NCBI GenBank assembly: GCA_964428185.1
Contig: CAYRXH010000002.1
Span: 19,651-83,650, forward strand
DNA: 64,000 nucleotides
Reading direction: 5' to 3'
Source of the DNA: an uncultured Bacteroidales bacterium
Lineage (GTDB): Bacteria > Bacteroidota > Bacteroidia > Bacteroidales > DTU049
The notes beneath the pieces were generated by a model, which was not told the DNA's origin, did not search any database, and was given only the letters and a program-made list of their open reading frames with translations. Below, piece by piece: positions 28,378 through 37,968 of this stretch (position 1 is the stretch's first letter; every line of letters begins with the position of its first letter). Both the position numbers and the translations under genes were made by a program.

Positions 28378-30774
28378 TCAAAACTCAGGTTCTTCAAATT
28401 CGGGCATGCCTTTTCGTATTTCTTTTTTTCTGATGCCGAAATTGTATCTGATATTGATGCCGAAACGGCGGTTATCGGTATATCTGTCTCCTGTGTTCCT
28501 GATTGATCCCTGATTGAACTCAAACCTATTTACATTGGTTTTGAAAATATCTCTGGCATTCAGTGTTACCGTCAGTTTTTTGTTGAGAAAGGTTTGGGTG
28601 AGCCCTGCATTGATCTGTCCGAAATCTTCAAGTTCGTAAAAATTCCACACTCCGTTTTTCATCATAAAGCCACTCACTGTGAATTTGGTGTTTTCAGTGA
28701 TGTTGAGTGAGTGAAAGGTGAAAAATCTCCAGCTGTTGTTGGTAAATGTCAGAGGTTCGTTTTCATACATCCCGTCGTATTCATTCATATTGTATTGAGC
28801 TCCAAGAGCAAAGAAGTAGATCCCTCCGGGAGGAATTCCCACCATTCCTCTCAGGTACTTTTCACGGCTGGTTCCCACATTATCATAGGTTCTGACAAGC
28901 ACCTCTGGATAATCATCATCCCGATACATCACCATTGAAAAAATATCGGTGGTAACATTTTGTCCCACTGCAAACACCGGAAAATCGTTGAAGCTGACAT
29001 TTAGTTCCACATTATCGGTGAACTGTGGTTTCAGTGACGGATTTCCGGTTTCGTACATAAACTGGTCTATGAATCTGATGTATGGATTCAGATCATCATA
29101 ATCCGGTCTGCTGATGGTGCGGCGGTAGATTGCATAACCAAACAACTCAATGCCCATCAAATCAAGCACTTTTCTGCTGAGATACACGTATGGGAACCAA
29201 TCTGCCCTGTTGACCAGAAAACTGGTGTCAGCAGGTACAGTTTGCTGTCCGTTCATGGATGTGTGCTCCATACGAACACCTGCCTTCAGTTGGAATCCGG
29301 CAAACAGGGGTCGGGAGGCCTGCACATAGAACGCATTGATGTTCTCTGTATAGGTATATGCATTGGTCCGGCTGTCGTCAGTGATCTGAACTCCGTTGTT
29401 GTCCAGATAATACTTCGCATCACTATTATACAACTGCCATGATGTTTTGATGCCTGCTTCCATTTTAAATTTCCATGGAAGCTGTTGTGTCAGGTCTGAC
29501 TGAAAAACAATAAAATGGCGGTTTTGAAGATTATCTCCGCTGGTTGCATAGGCAGTGTCAATGGGAGAGACATATTCTGTCAGGTATTCCTGGTCTGAAC
29601 CTCTGGTATTGAACGAATAGTTGAGTTTTGTATCAATCTGAGAGCCTGAGGTATCTGTTTTTATGATCATTCCCCAGTCCTGCTGAATATTCAGAAATTG
29701 GACATGGTTATTGGTAAAGTTATCGCTTTCTGACAGGATGACTTCTCCGGGTGCAGTGATCAGGTTGGTGTTTTTTGATTCAGAATTCCGAAGACTTCCA
29801 TTGATACGCCCGTCGTACGAAAAGCTTGTCTTTCTGCCGGGGTCATAGGTGAACCCGTATCCCAGATAAAGCTGGTGCCGTTTCCGCACATCTTCTGACG
29901 ACTGTTCGAGGTTCGTGTCATTCTGAAGATATCGCACAGAATTGATTTCGTCAAGCCGTTCATCATTATTGTAATTAACATTGATGTAGCCGGTGTACAT
30001 GTCTCCACTGTTGTTGAAGGTGAATCCCCCGAAACGGTTGCCATACACTCCCTGATTCATCCCTCCGCTGACAGAACCGAATTTCCCGATTTTCACTCCT
30101 TTCTTCAACACAATATTGATAATTCCTCCGGAGCTGGAAGCATCATATTTCGAAGACGGAGTGCGGATGATCTCAATTTTTTCAACACTATGGGGAGGCA
30201 GGCTGCGCAGGATGGTGTTGATGTCTTCGGTACTCATTTTCTGTTCACGCCCGTTGATATAAACAGTGGCAGGGGTGGCTCCCGTAAGGAAAATACCTCC
30301 GTCCTGATCCACATAAATCCCCGGAGTACTTTCTATAATTTCGAGAGCATTGGTGCTGGTGTTTGCAAGTGGCTCAGGGTCAATGATCATTTTGTCGTCT
30401 TCCTGCCTGATGAGTGGCTTTTTGGCAGTAATGGTCACACCTCCCAGCGCAATGGCATCAGCTGACATCATAATGTCAAAGCGGCGGTTGTCGTCATCAA
30501 CAATGATTGTCTGTGAAACAGGGTTAAAACCAATATACGTCACATTCATCAGGTATGCTCCGGAAAGAATATTATTGAATGTGGCCACACCCTGAAGATC
30601 TGATATTGAATGAACTGTTGTGCTGTCGCCGGTTGAAGTGAGAAGAACGGCAGCACCTGGGAGCAGATTATTTTCTGTATCAATCACTCTGACTGTCAGT
30701 TGCTGGGCACTTCCGTAAAAAACAGACAGGTGAAACGATGAAATTAAAAAAATCCGGAAACAGAGTGTTTTCAT
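28378..30774 (-). CDS. TonB-dependent-receptor-like outer-membrane beta-barrel protein with N-terminal CarboxypepD_reg-like domain
   Basis: 798 aa with a signal peptide, VRVIDTENNLLPGAAVLL..., and a plug-like region ALEIIESTPGIYVDQDGGIFLTG...VYINGRE...IEIIRTPSSKYDASSSGGIINIVLKKG. A long beta-rich C-terminus ends in F. Confidence 0.8.
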   Translation of the reverse strand: MKTLCFRIFLISSFHLSVFYGSAQQLTVRVIDTENNLLPGAAVLLTSTGDSTTVHSISDLQGVATFNNILSGAYLMNVTYIGFNPVSQTIIVDDDNRRFDIMMSADAIALGGVTITAKKPLIRQEDDKMIIDPEPLANTSTNALEIIESTPGIYVDQDGGIFLTGATPATVYINGREQKMSTEDINTILRSLPPHSVEKIEIIRTPSSKYDASSSGGIINIVLKKGVKIGKFGSVSGGMNQGVYGNRFGGFTFNNSGDMYTGYINVNYNNDERLDEINSVRYLQNDTNLEQSSEDVRKRHQLYLGYGFTYDPGRKTSFSYDGRINGSLRNSESKNTNLITAPGEVILSESDNFTNNHVQFLNIQQDWGMIIKTDTSGSQIDTKLNYSFNTRGSDQEYLTEYVSPIDTAYATSGDNLQNRHFIVFQSDLTQQLPWKFKMEAGIKTSWQLYNSDAKYYLDNNGVQITDDSRTNAYTYTENINAFYVQASRPLFAGFQLKAGVRMEHTSMNGQQTVPADTSFLVNRADWFPYVYLSRKVLDLMGIELFGYAIYRRTISRPDYDDLNPYIRFIDQFMYETGNPSLKPQFTDNVELNVSFNDFPVFAVGQNVTTDIFSMVMYRDDDYPEVLVRTYDNVGTSREKYLRGMVGIPPGGIYFFALGAQYNMNEYDGMYENEPLTFTNNSWRFFTFHSLNITENTKFTVSGFMMKNGVWNFYELEDFGQINAGLTQTFLNKKLTVTLNARDIFKTNVNRFEFNQGSIRNTGDRYTDNRRFGINIRYNFGIRKKEIRKGMPEFEEPEF

Positions 30775-30888
30775 GGCACTGTTGTAACTAACGAAGATAA
30801 TCGAATATTTTCGTTTTTGTTGGTAAAATTAAATAAAACCTCAACTTCTAAAACCAAAAAAACAAAAAAGGAATTGTTAAAAAAATAT

Positions 30889-31452
30889 TCAGATAACAGG
30901 GACATGTATATTTACTGCACCTGCATCTGAAATCACAACATTGTTCTGTTGTGCCATAGTCATATATCTGAAACTGAGGAGGCTGTCCATTCCTTCATAA
31001 GTGCATACCGGGGGGCCAGCTGCTGTAAAAATAAGCATCCCAGTTTTTTTCTTCCCCAGGTCATAAAAAACATGTTTTCGGCACATGGATTCTGCACATT
31101 GATAAGACTGTCAAGAATGGCAGCATAAGAATAAACATCCTGTTCCACAACTAAGACCTGAAGTGAGTAACGGTGGCTTTGTTCCTGCAAAACGACATAG
31201 TCCCATCATCCGGTTGATATCTTTGCCAGTGTTGTTGTATTTGAGCAATGAGCTTTAAAAAGTATAACCTCAGGGAGTGTTGCTGTCATAGATCAAAGTA
31301 TCACCGCAACTGAGTGCAATTTGAGAAACAAGCTGTGGCAGATTGTTGGAAGCAGTATAGCTGTTGCCTATAAAGAGGGCTTTTATTGTTTCCTGTGCCC
31401 TGACAGAAATGATAAAGAATATAAGAAGCAGAAAGCAAATATTATTCATCAT
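30889..31452 (-). pseudogene. SGNH/DUF4886-like hydrolase pseudogene (2 in-frame TGA, 3 homopolymer frameshifts)
   Basis: Signal peptide MMNNICFLLLIFFIISVRAQ, then ALFIGNSYTASNNLPQLV. The reading frame can only be followed (..GYTF-KAHCSNTTTLAKISTG*WDYVVLQEQS..MTWGRK-NWDAYFYSSWPP-VCTYEGMDSLL..) by hopping frames at T6, A7 and C6 runs and reading through TGA at 31270 and 31205. Confidence 0.75.
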
Positions 31453-31456
31453 AGGA

Positions 31457-31834
31457 TCATTCCGTTTCTTTGATGAGCAAATACTGAAAATACTTTTTCC
31501 CTGCCACATCAGTGACTTCAACATTGTTAAGAGAGAATCCGTAAAAAGAAGCAACAGTAAGAAAATCCACTTCAGTTCTGACCACTGTTGATTTTCCGTT
31601 ATCATTAAAAATAACAGTTCCCGATTCACCGTTTGATAAGATTCCTTTCAGGGAATGGCTGTTCATGTTGCCGATGTTTACTTCGAGCCTTGATTCCATT
31701 CCGGTTTGTTTCAGGATGTGCGTAACCCACAATACCATGTACTCAGGGTTTTTTATACTACTTGTTGTTTGTGAATTGCCCTGAAAAGGAACAATGATGG
31801 ATGATATAAACAGAATATAAATTAGCTTTTTCAT
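31457..31834 (-). CDS. small secreted hypothetical protein
   Basis: 125 aa with signal peptide MKKLIYILFISSIIVPFQGNSQ. No recognisable domain. Confidence 0.6.
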   Translation of the reverse strand: MKKLIYILFISSIIVPFQGNSQTTSSIKNPEYMVLWVTHILKQTGMESRLEVNIGNMNSHSLKGILSNGESGTVIFNDNGKSTVVRTEVDFLTVASFYGFSLNNVEVTDVAGKKYFQYLLIKETE

Positions 31835-31920
31835 GAGAATAAAATTTCAGACAAATATACAAATGAAAAAAATCTCACACACTGAAGTGAGTGAGACTTG
31901 GGAAAGAATATTCAAAATAA

Positions 31921-32532
31921 TTAGAATCTGGTGGTAATGCCGAATGAAAGCAAGGGTCCGCCCAGTCCCATTTCAGCTCCAATGCCAATATTTTCTGTGA
32001 AGTAATAGCGGGTTCCGATACAAATACGCAGACCGACAGGAATCAGTGAATCAATCTCTCCTTCGTCAAAATTGGGGTCGTTGGTTGTAAATTTATAATT
32101 TCTGTTTCTGTATCCCACGCCAAATCCACCATAAGCATCCACTTTGTCACTTTTGGCAAAGTGGAAATTCATTCTAAACAATGAATGAATTTTGGGCACT
32201 GAAACTTTGTAGTCATAGACTAAACTAGTGCTCACATCTTCTTCTTTATATTCCACCCATGTATTGACATATCCTGCATCCAGACCAACACCCACAACAT
32301 CAGAGATCATGTATTCAAAACGGAGTCCGAGAGGTCCCAGTGTCCCGATTTTAACACTATTATCAACTGCGTTTTCTGCATAGAGCTCTTTCAATACTGT
32401 TGTATACAGGTTTGGCCAGCCGTAATAGAGATCTACAACAACATTTCCTTCTTCAACAATTTGTGCTTTTGTCGTAGTGGTGCCGGCCATCATACAAATC
32501 AAAGCAATCATAATGAATAGTTTTCCTTTCAT
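31921..32532 (-). CDS. small outer-membrane beta-barrel protein
   Basis: 203 aa with a signal peptide ending TKAQ, alternating hydrophobic beta-strand pattern, and C-terminal ...FGITTRF (terminal Phe). Confidence 0.7.
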   Translation of the reverse strand: MKGKLFIMIALICMMAGTTTTKAQIVEEGNVVVDLYYGWPNLYTTVLKELYAENAVDNSVKIGTLGPLGLRFEYMISDVVGVGLDAGYVNTWVEYKEEDVSTSLVYDYKVSVPKIHSLFRMNFHFAKSDKVDAYGGFGVGYRNRNYKFTTNDPNFDEGEIDSLIPVGLRICIGTRYYFTENIGIGAEMGLGGPLLSFGITTRF

Positions 32533-32612
32533 AATTTTTTTTAGTTTTTAGGTTTCACTTGCAAATAAACGAAAAAAAATGAATGAAGTTTCTGTTTTTA
32601 CAATTTTTAACG

Positions 32613-32620
32613 TAAATTTG
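32613..32620 (+). promoter_or_regulatory. candidate -7 box TAAATTTG for the 32.7-37.0 kb operon
   Basis: Exact TAnnTTTG match about 40-70 nt upstream of the possible starts. Confidence 0.45.
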
Positions 32621-32660
32621 CACTTTTTTCTGTCTTTCGTGCAACGAAATTTTATGGAAA

Positions 32661-34277
32661 TTGTTCTTCATACACATAACACACAACACATTGAATAAGC
32701 TTTTAAAATTGTTATTGCCATGTTTGCTGATGACTGTCATAGTTTCATGCAAGCCTGATTTTCCCTCCTGGGAAACGGAAGCCGTATTCCCGGCTTTTCA
32801 TGCAAGAATGACACTGACTGATATTGACAAGGATTCTTTGCTTGTTTCTGATCCTGATAGTATGCTCCGTGTGTTTTATGAGTATTCACTGACTGATTTT
32901 GACATTGATTCTCTGATTATAGGGCTTGATACCATTGCCAGTTACACATATACGTCTCCCATTACAATCACATTGCCTCCGGGTGCTCAGGTTCTTGACA
33001 AAGCAGAAATGAAAAGACTGGGTGTTTCAGGTGTCTATCTGAGCGATATGTTTATAGGCAGTGGTTTTCTGAAAGTAAAGGCATTGAACAAGTATACTCA
33101 GCCAATTGTCATTGAATATACGATCCCTTCGGCAACAATCGGAGGTTCTGCATTTTCCATAATCCGTGAAATTCCTGCGGCGCCTTCTACCGGACAAAAT
33201 TATGTCTATGAGGAGCTGATTGATATTACTTCAATGGACTGGGACTTATATACCATAGGCATTAATCAGTATAATTGCTTTGATACTCAGTTTAAAGTGT
33301 GGATCAGTCCCAATGCCACAGAAAATGTTCAGGTAAACTTTGGCGATCCGTTTATCTTCTATATTGGTTTTGAAGATATCGTCATTGGTTATGCGCGCGG
33401 ATGGTTTGGGCAGCAATCAACAGTATTTGTTGAAAATGAATCACTGGATATTTTTAAAAATATTTCAGCCGATGATTTTTCGATTGAAGATGTGGATCTG
33501 ATTTTTGAAGTGACCAATAATATGGGTGTTGATTTTCAGTTGAAAATTACAGAATTTTCGGGAACTAATACTCACAGCGGGACTGTGGTCACTTATGCAG
33601 GGCCTGTTTTGAATAAACCGATTCAGATTACACGTGCAACGGAAGTATTCCCTGAGCAGGGAATTGCCTATGCCCCTCATCTTGAAATTGACCTTGAAGA
33701 GAATTCAAATCTGAAGGATTTTATTGAAAATATGCCCGGTGAGATCAGCCTCAAGGTGAATCTCGATATCAATCCTCTTGGAAATCCAAGCGCAGGAAAT
33801 GATTTCTATTATGGCATTCCCCTGGATGCAAAACTCAGCCTAAGCATGCCCCTGTTTGCTTCAGTGACTAACCTTTCATTTTCAGATACCACGGATTTTT
33901 CGGGTGATATTTTTAATAAACCTGTCAACGGAATTCTGCTCAGGACAATCGTCAACAATTGCTTTCCTTATGAACTGGATATGTCAATGACCTTTGCTGA
34001 TAGCCTGGGAAATATTCTTTTCCTTCTTCCTTTCAGTAAGCCTGTTGCTGCAGCAGTGATTTCTGGAGGAGACCGTACTGATGGCCCGAGATCAACAACC
34101 ATATATACAGAAATTCCCGTTTCAAACATTGAAGCCCTTCGGCAGGCTGAACAGATTATCCTTCATGCAAGCTTATCAAGTTTACCTTATGGTCAGAACG
34201 TCAAAATATTCTCCGATTATTATATTGATATTCAGTCGTTTGCTGTATTAAATCTGCTGATAAACTCTGATGAATAA
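32661..34277 (+). CDS. hypothetical lipoprotein
   Basis: Lipobox ...LLLPCLLMTVIVSC-KPDF. The true start is probably the TTG at 32691 (MNKLLKLLLPCLL...). No recognisable catalytic motif. Confidence 0.65.
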   Translation: MFFIHITHNTLNKLLKLLLPCLLMTVIVSCKPDFPSWETEAVFPAFHARMTLTDIDKDSLLVSDPDSMLRVFYEYSLTDFDIDSLIIGLDTIASYTYTSPITITLPPGAQVLDKAEMKRLGVSGVYLSDMFIGSGFLKVKALNKYTQPIVIEYTIPSATIGGSAFSIIREIPAAPSTGQNYVYEELIDITSMDWDLYTIGINQYNCFDTQFKVWISPNATENVQVNFGDPFIFYIGFEDIVIGYARGWFGQQSTVFVENESLDIFKNISADDFSIEDVDLIFEVTNNMGVDFQLKITEFSGTNTHSGTVVTYAGPVLNKPIQITRATEVFPEQGIAYAPHLEIDLEENSNLKDFIENMPGEISLKVNLDINPLGNPSAGNDFYYGIPLDAKLSLSMPLFASVTNLSFSDTTDFSGDIFNKPVNGILLRTIVNNCFPYELDMSMTFADSLGNILFLLPFSKPVAAAVISGGDRTDGPRSTTIYTEIPVSNIEALRQAEQIILHASLSSLPYGQNVKIFSDYYIDIQSFAVLNLLINSDE

Positions 34278-35517
34278 AACAATCATTTCTTTTTGTTGTG
34301 GATGTATGTTGGCAATGAGCTTCAGTGTGACAGCTCAGATCAGGGATATAGGGGATATCCAGTATGATTCACTGTCAAAATTTTCTTTTTTTGGGAATAT
34401 GGGTCTTATATCAGATCAGGTACCATTTTCTTTTTCTCAGTTGTTTTTTCAGGGAGGAAAACTTGAGGACAATGATATACAGGCCACTGTTGACAAACTG
34501 CAGCCATTCAACCGGTTCGGGTTTCAGACTACTTACGGGTTCAGATTTTCAATGAGCACCGAATACATCAATGACTCCAGGTCAAGAGTGTGTTCCTATG
34601 GTGGCTATGAATATCATAATATGCTTTTTTTATCATTCACTGACGATTTGTTCAGACTCATTTTTCAGGGGAATGAATTTACCCTGGGTAAAACAGGTGT
34701 TCTTGACAAAAGCAGATTTTCTGCCTATGCATTTCATAAAGTCTATGCAGGATCCAGAAGAACCATAGGAAAAAACAACAATATTGTATTTGGAATCGCT
34801 CCTTTTGTTTCGTTCCATAAGCCACCTATAATTTTTGAAATAGAAGAGGGTTCAATTTATACCGAGCCCGATACATCCTCTGTCAGGCTTCTGGTGGATG
34901 GGAAACTCGTATCGGGTTTGGAGATGGAGAAGCCTGTTCAGGCAATGGGTGGAGGAATTGATTTTTTTGTTGGTTCAAAGGACTTGATCCCCGGGTATTA
35001 TACTGAATTATCGTTGAATAATTTCGGGGTGTATGGTGGCTTCAGAGGACGTGTTATCAGTACATCAGGTGATAAATTTGTTGAGATTAACGGGGTTTCG
35101 CTCAGAAATCTGCAACATCCCGATAGTCTGCTGATCAATTATGCTGATTCTCTGTCCGGAGAACTGGGATTTTCTGATGATACACTGATAGTGTCTGAAA
35201 TGTTGCCATGGTCACTTCAACTTGAAATGATCAGTCTCATTGAATCTGATGTTTTTGTCAGTGGAAGGCTTTCCTGGTATCCTCAGCAACAGTGCATGCC
35301 ATTTGTTGAAGTATATCCTCAGTATAGGATTTCTCAGGCAATATCAGCCGGTATTCCTGTAGCATATGGGGGAATGGGAGGAATACAAACCGGAATTTTT
35401 TGTTCAGTCAGGACAGGAAATGTCTCATTCAGGCTGAATATGACCCATGTAAGATCATTTTCCGGCTTATATCCTACAGGGTATTATGCAGCTGCAGAAT
35501 TGAATTATAAACTTTAA
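34270..35517 (+). CDS. hypothetical secreted/outer-membrane protein
   Basis: 415 aa with signal peptide ...AMSFSVTAQ, beta-rich sequence with Gly/aromatic repeats, ending AAELNYKL. Overlaps the upstream stop by 8 nt. Confidence 0.6.
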   Translation: MNKTIISFCCGCMLAMSFSVTAQIRDIGDIQYDSLSKFSFFGNMGLISDQVPFSFSQLFFQGGKLEDNDIQATVDKLQPFNRFGFQTTYGFRFSMSTEYINDSRSRVCSYGGYEYHNMLFLSFTDDLFRLIFQGNEFTLGKTGVLDKSRFSAYAFHKVYAGSRRTIGKNNNIVFGIAPFVSFHKPPIIFEIEEGSIYTEPDTSSVRLLVDGKLVSGLEMEKPVQAMGGGIDFFVGSKDLIPGYYTELSLNNFGVYGGFRGRVISTSGDKFVEINGVSLRNLQHPDSLLINYADSLSGELGFSDDTLIVSEMLPWSLQLEMISLIESDVFVSGRLSWYPQQQCMPFVEVYPQYRISQAISAGIPVAYGGMGGIQTGIFCSVRTGNVSFRLNMTHVRSFSGLYPTGYYAAAELNYKL

Positions 35518-35525
35518 ATTAAATA

Positions 35526-36980
35526 ATGAAGAAGATTTTCTTTTTTGTTTGTATGATATCATTGCTTGGAACTTCTGCCCAAGAAGTACAGAGTTTTATC
35601 CGTTCATATGGTTACGATGGCTTTCACTACGGAAAGAGAATAGCAGTTCTGGCAGATACAAGCTATCTGATTATGGGAAACAAGTCGGGAACTGGAAGTC
35701 AGAGTAATATCTATCTGATTCATGTGGATAAAACCGGCCAGATTATAAAGGATAATGTGTTTGGCGGGACTGAACTTTTTTACGGAACGGATATGATCGT
35801 TGTAGGTGATACTGATATTTATGTGTGCGGGTATGTTTTAAATTCTTCGGAGTGGGAATATGACAACCTGGTCATCAGAGTAAATTTTAATCTGGAGCAG
35901 GAGCATATTCATGAATTTGCATTTCATGGCTGGGATTTTGCCAAAGGTATCACTGCAGACAAAAAGGGGATGAAGTATGTTGTATCGCAAAATTCAGTTG
36001 AATATGAAAGACCTTCGGTGCTTCTACATAAGTTTGATGAAAATCTGATGCTGACTGAAGAAGTGTATTTCGGAAATGATACTTTCGCTCTTGAACCTAC
36101 TGCAATTGTGCTTTCCGGTGATACAAGCCTGTTCGTTTCTGGCTTTTGTGAGACGGCTACGGGGTTTAAAAAAGGCTACATTTTTAAAGCAGATACAACC
36201 CTCATGTTTCTTGATACTCTTTATCTTTTGAAAGACAGCGCTGATGTTGAAATACTTGATATGGACACTACACATTATGGTGGTGTGGTCTTTACGGGAA
36301 AGGTGACATGCTATGATGATGATTCCCGAAGGCTAGTGTATGGTATTACTGATGAAAATCTCAATATTACACATCTGGAATGGGGTTTTCATCCCAATGA
36401 CTGGTGCAATTGTATAAAAACAGCTCCTTTTTCAGATTTAATAGTTTATGCTGGATATACTACTTCAGCAGGGTCAGGAGGTAGTGATTTTAATTATCAG
36501 TTGTTTGAGGGTGGAGTATATCAGCTTTCTTCCACAATTGGAGGAATCATGTACGATGAAGCCTTTGATTGCGCTTTTGCCCTTGATTCTACTATTGTTT
36601 TGCTTGGAACGACTAAAAGCTACGGACAAACACAAACGAGCATCATGTTTGCCAAAACATGCAAAAATTACTACTATTGTGTTTCAGATCAACAGCATAT
36701 TCTTGAGATTCAGGAAGATATGCAGGCAGAATCAGATGTGCTTTTGTATCCTGTTCCTGCTTCGATGTTTATTTATGTTACTGTAACAGAACAATTGCCC
36801 CCCGGTCGATGTTCTTTTGAACTGATTTCAATGAACGGTGCAGTTGTTGAATGTGATTATATGAACACTGATCCACAGAATTTTGTGGTTTCAGTCCCTA
36901 ACTTGCCTTCAGGAATATATGTGCTACGTTTTTCAAAAGGAAGCTGGACCTCTTCACATAAACTGATAATCAACAGATAA
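35526..36980 (+). CDS. T9SS-secreted hypothetical protein (repeat/beta-propeller-like N-region + C-terminal sorting domain)
   Basis: 484 aa with a signal peptide. C-terminus is LLYPVPASMFIYV...LISMNGAVV...LPSGIYVLRFSKGSWTSSHKLIINR. Confidence 0.7.
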   Translation: MKKIFFFVCMISLLGTSAQEVQSFIRSYGYDGFHYGKRIAVLADTSYLIMGNKSGTGSQSNIYLIHVDKTGQIIKDNVFGGTELFYGTDMIVVGDTDIYVCGYVLNSSEWEYDNLVIRVNFNLEQEHIHEFAFHGWDFAKGITADKKGMKYVVSQNSVEYERPSVLLHKFDENLMLTEEVYFGNDTFALEPTAIVLSGDTSLFVSGFCETATGFKKGYIFKADTTLMFLDTLYLLKDSADVEILDMDTTHYGGVVFTGKVTCYDDDSRRLVYGITDENLNITHLEWGFHPNDWCNCIKTAPFSDLIVYAGYTTSAGSGGSDFNYQLFEGGVYQLSSTIGGIMYDEAFDCAFALDSTIVLLGTTKSYGQTQTSIMFAKTCKNYYYCVSDQQHILEIQEDMQAESDVLLYPVPASMFIYVTVTEQLPPGRCSFELISMNGAVVECDYMNTDPQNFVVSVPNLPSGIYVLRFSKGSWTSSHKLIINR

Positions 36981-37046
36981 TTTTTTTAAATTAAAAAAAG
37001 ATTATCAGATAATTACATTAGTTGGGTAAATTTTTTTTGAAAAAAA

Positions 37047-37079
37047 TTTGTTTTTTTCAATTTAAGTGTATTATATTTG
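37047..37079 (+). promoter_or_regulatory. promoter of the ABC-GntR operon (-33 TTTG 37047-37050, -7 TATATTTG 37072-37079)
   Basis: Both consensus boxes are present with a 21-nt spacer. Confidence 0.6.
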
Positions 37080-37081
37080 CA

Positions 37082-37103
37082 GTGTATTAGTAAAGTAATA
37101 CAC
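37082..37103. promoter_or_regulatory. candidate GntR/YtrA operator: GTGTATTA-N6-TAATACAC
   Basis: Perfect 8-bp inverted repeat starting 3 nt after the -7 box. The GT...AC half-site style is typical of GntR operators, and the operon encodes a GntR regulator. Confidence 0.5.
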
Positions 37104-37128
37104 AAAACAAACAAATACATTGTATATT

Positions 37129-37968
37129 ATGGTACACATTGAATCACTACAATTTGGATATCGCAAGGGGATGTATCTCTTTGATGATCTCAATCTGAGC
37201 CTAAGGCGGGGTTGTGTTTACGGTCTGTTCGGGGTGAATGGTGCTGGTAAGACCACATTGATCAGACATATTGCCGGCTTGCTATTTCCCACCTCCGGAA
37301 GAGTGCTTGTTAACGGGCGCGTATCAGGACGCAGGGATGTGCAAACAATGATGGAATTGTTTATTATCCCTGAAGAGTTCTGGTTGCCATCAGCAACGAT
37401 GAAGGAGTATGTTTCCATCCATAAGGGATTTTATCCCTTATTCAATTCTGAAGTTTTCGGGAAGATCATTTCGGAGTTTGAACTTTCTGAGCTAACAAAT
37501 CTGGAACATTTGTCTTATGGTCAGAAGAAAAAATTCATGATTGCTTTTGGGATTGCTTCAAATTGCAAACTGTTGTTAATGGATGAACCGACCAACGGGC
37601 TTGACATTCCCTCCAAAAGTCAGTTTCGAAAGATCATGGCATCATACATCAATGATGAGCGTTGTGTTTTAATTTCGACACATCAGGTCAGAGACTTGTC
37701 AAGCATCATTGATCATGTGATAGTCCTTGACAGGGGGAATATTCGTTTTGCAGAGAGTACTGAAGACATTATGAATAGTTTTTCTTTCGGGATGCTTGGA
37801 TCTGCTGACGACGGAAATATGATTTATGGTGAAAAGGTCTTTGGAGGTTTTGCAGGGATGTATATGAACAGGGGAAAAGACACTGAGATTGACTTTGAAA
37901 TTCTTTTCAATGCTGTTATCAGTGATTTTCAGAAGGTAACCAATTCTTTAAAAAGGAGGTCAGAATGA
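37129..37968 (+). CDS. ABC transporter ATP-binding protein
   Basis: Walker A GVNGAGKTT, signature LSYGQKKK, Walker B LLLMDEPTNGLD, H-loop STHQ. The track start at 37120 is a TTG; the ATG at 37129 is more likely. Confidence 0.9.
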   Translation: MVHIESLQFGYRKGMYLFDDLNLSLRRGCVYGLFGVNGAGKTTLIRHIAGLLFPTSGRVLVNGRVSGRRDVQTMMELFIIPEEFWLPSATMKEYVSIHKGFYPLFNSEVFGKIISEFELSELTNLEHLSYGQKKKFMIAFGIASNCKLLLMDEPTNGLDIPSKSQFRKIMASYINDERCVLISTHQVRDLSSIIDHVIVLDRGNIRFAESTEDIMNSFSFGMLGSADDGNMIYGEKVFGGFAGMYMNRGKDTEIDFEILFNAVISDFQKVTNSLKRRSE

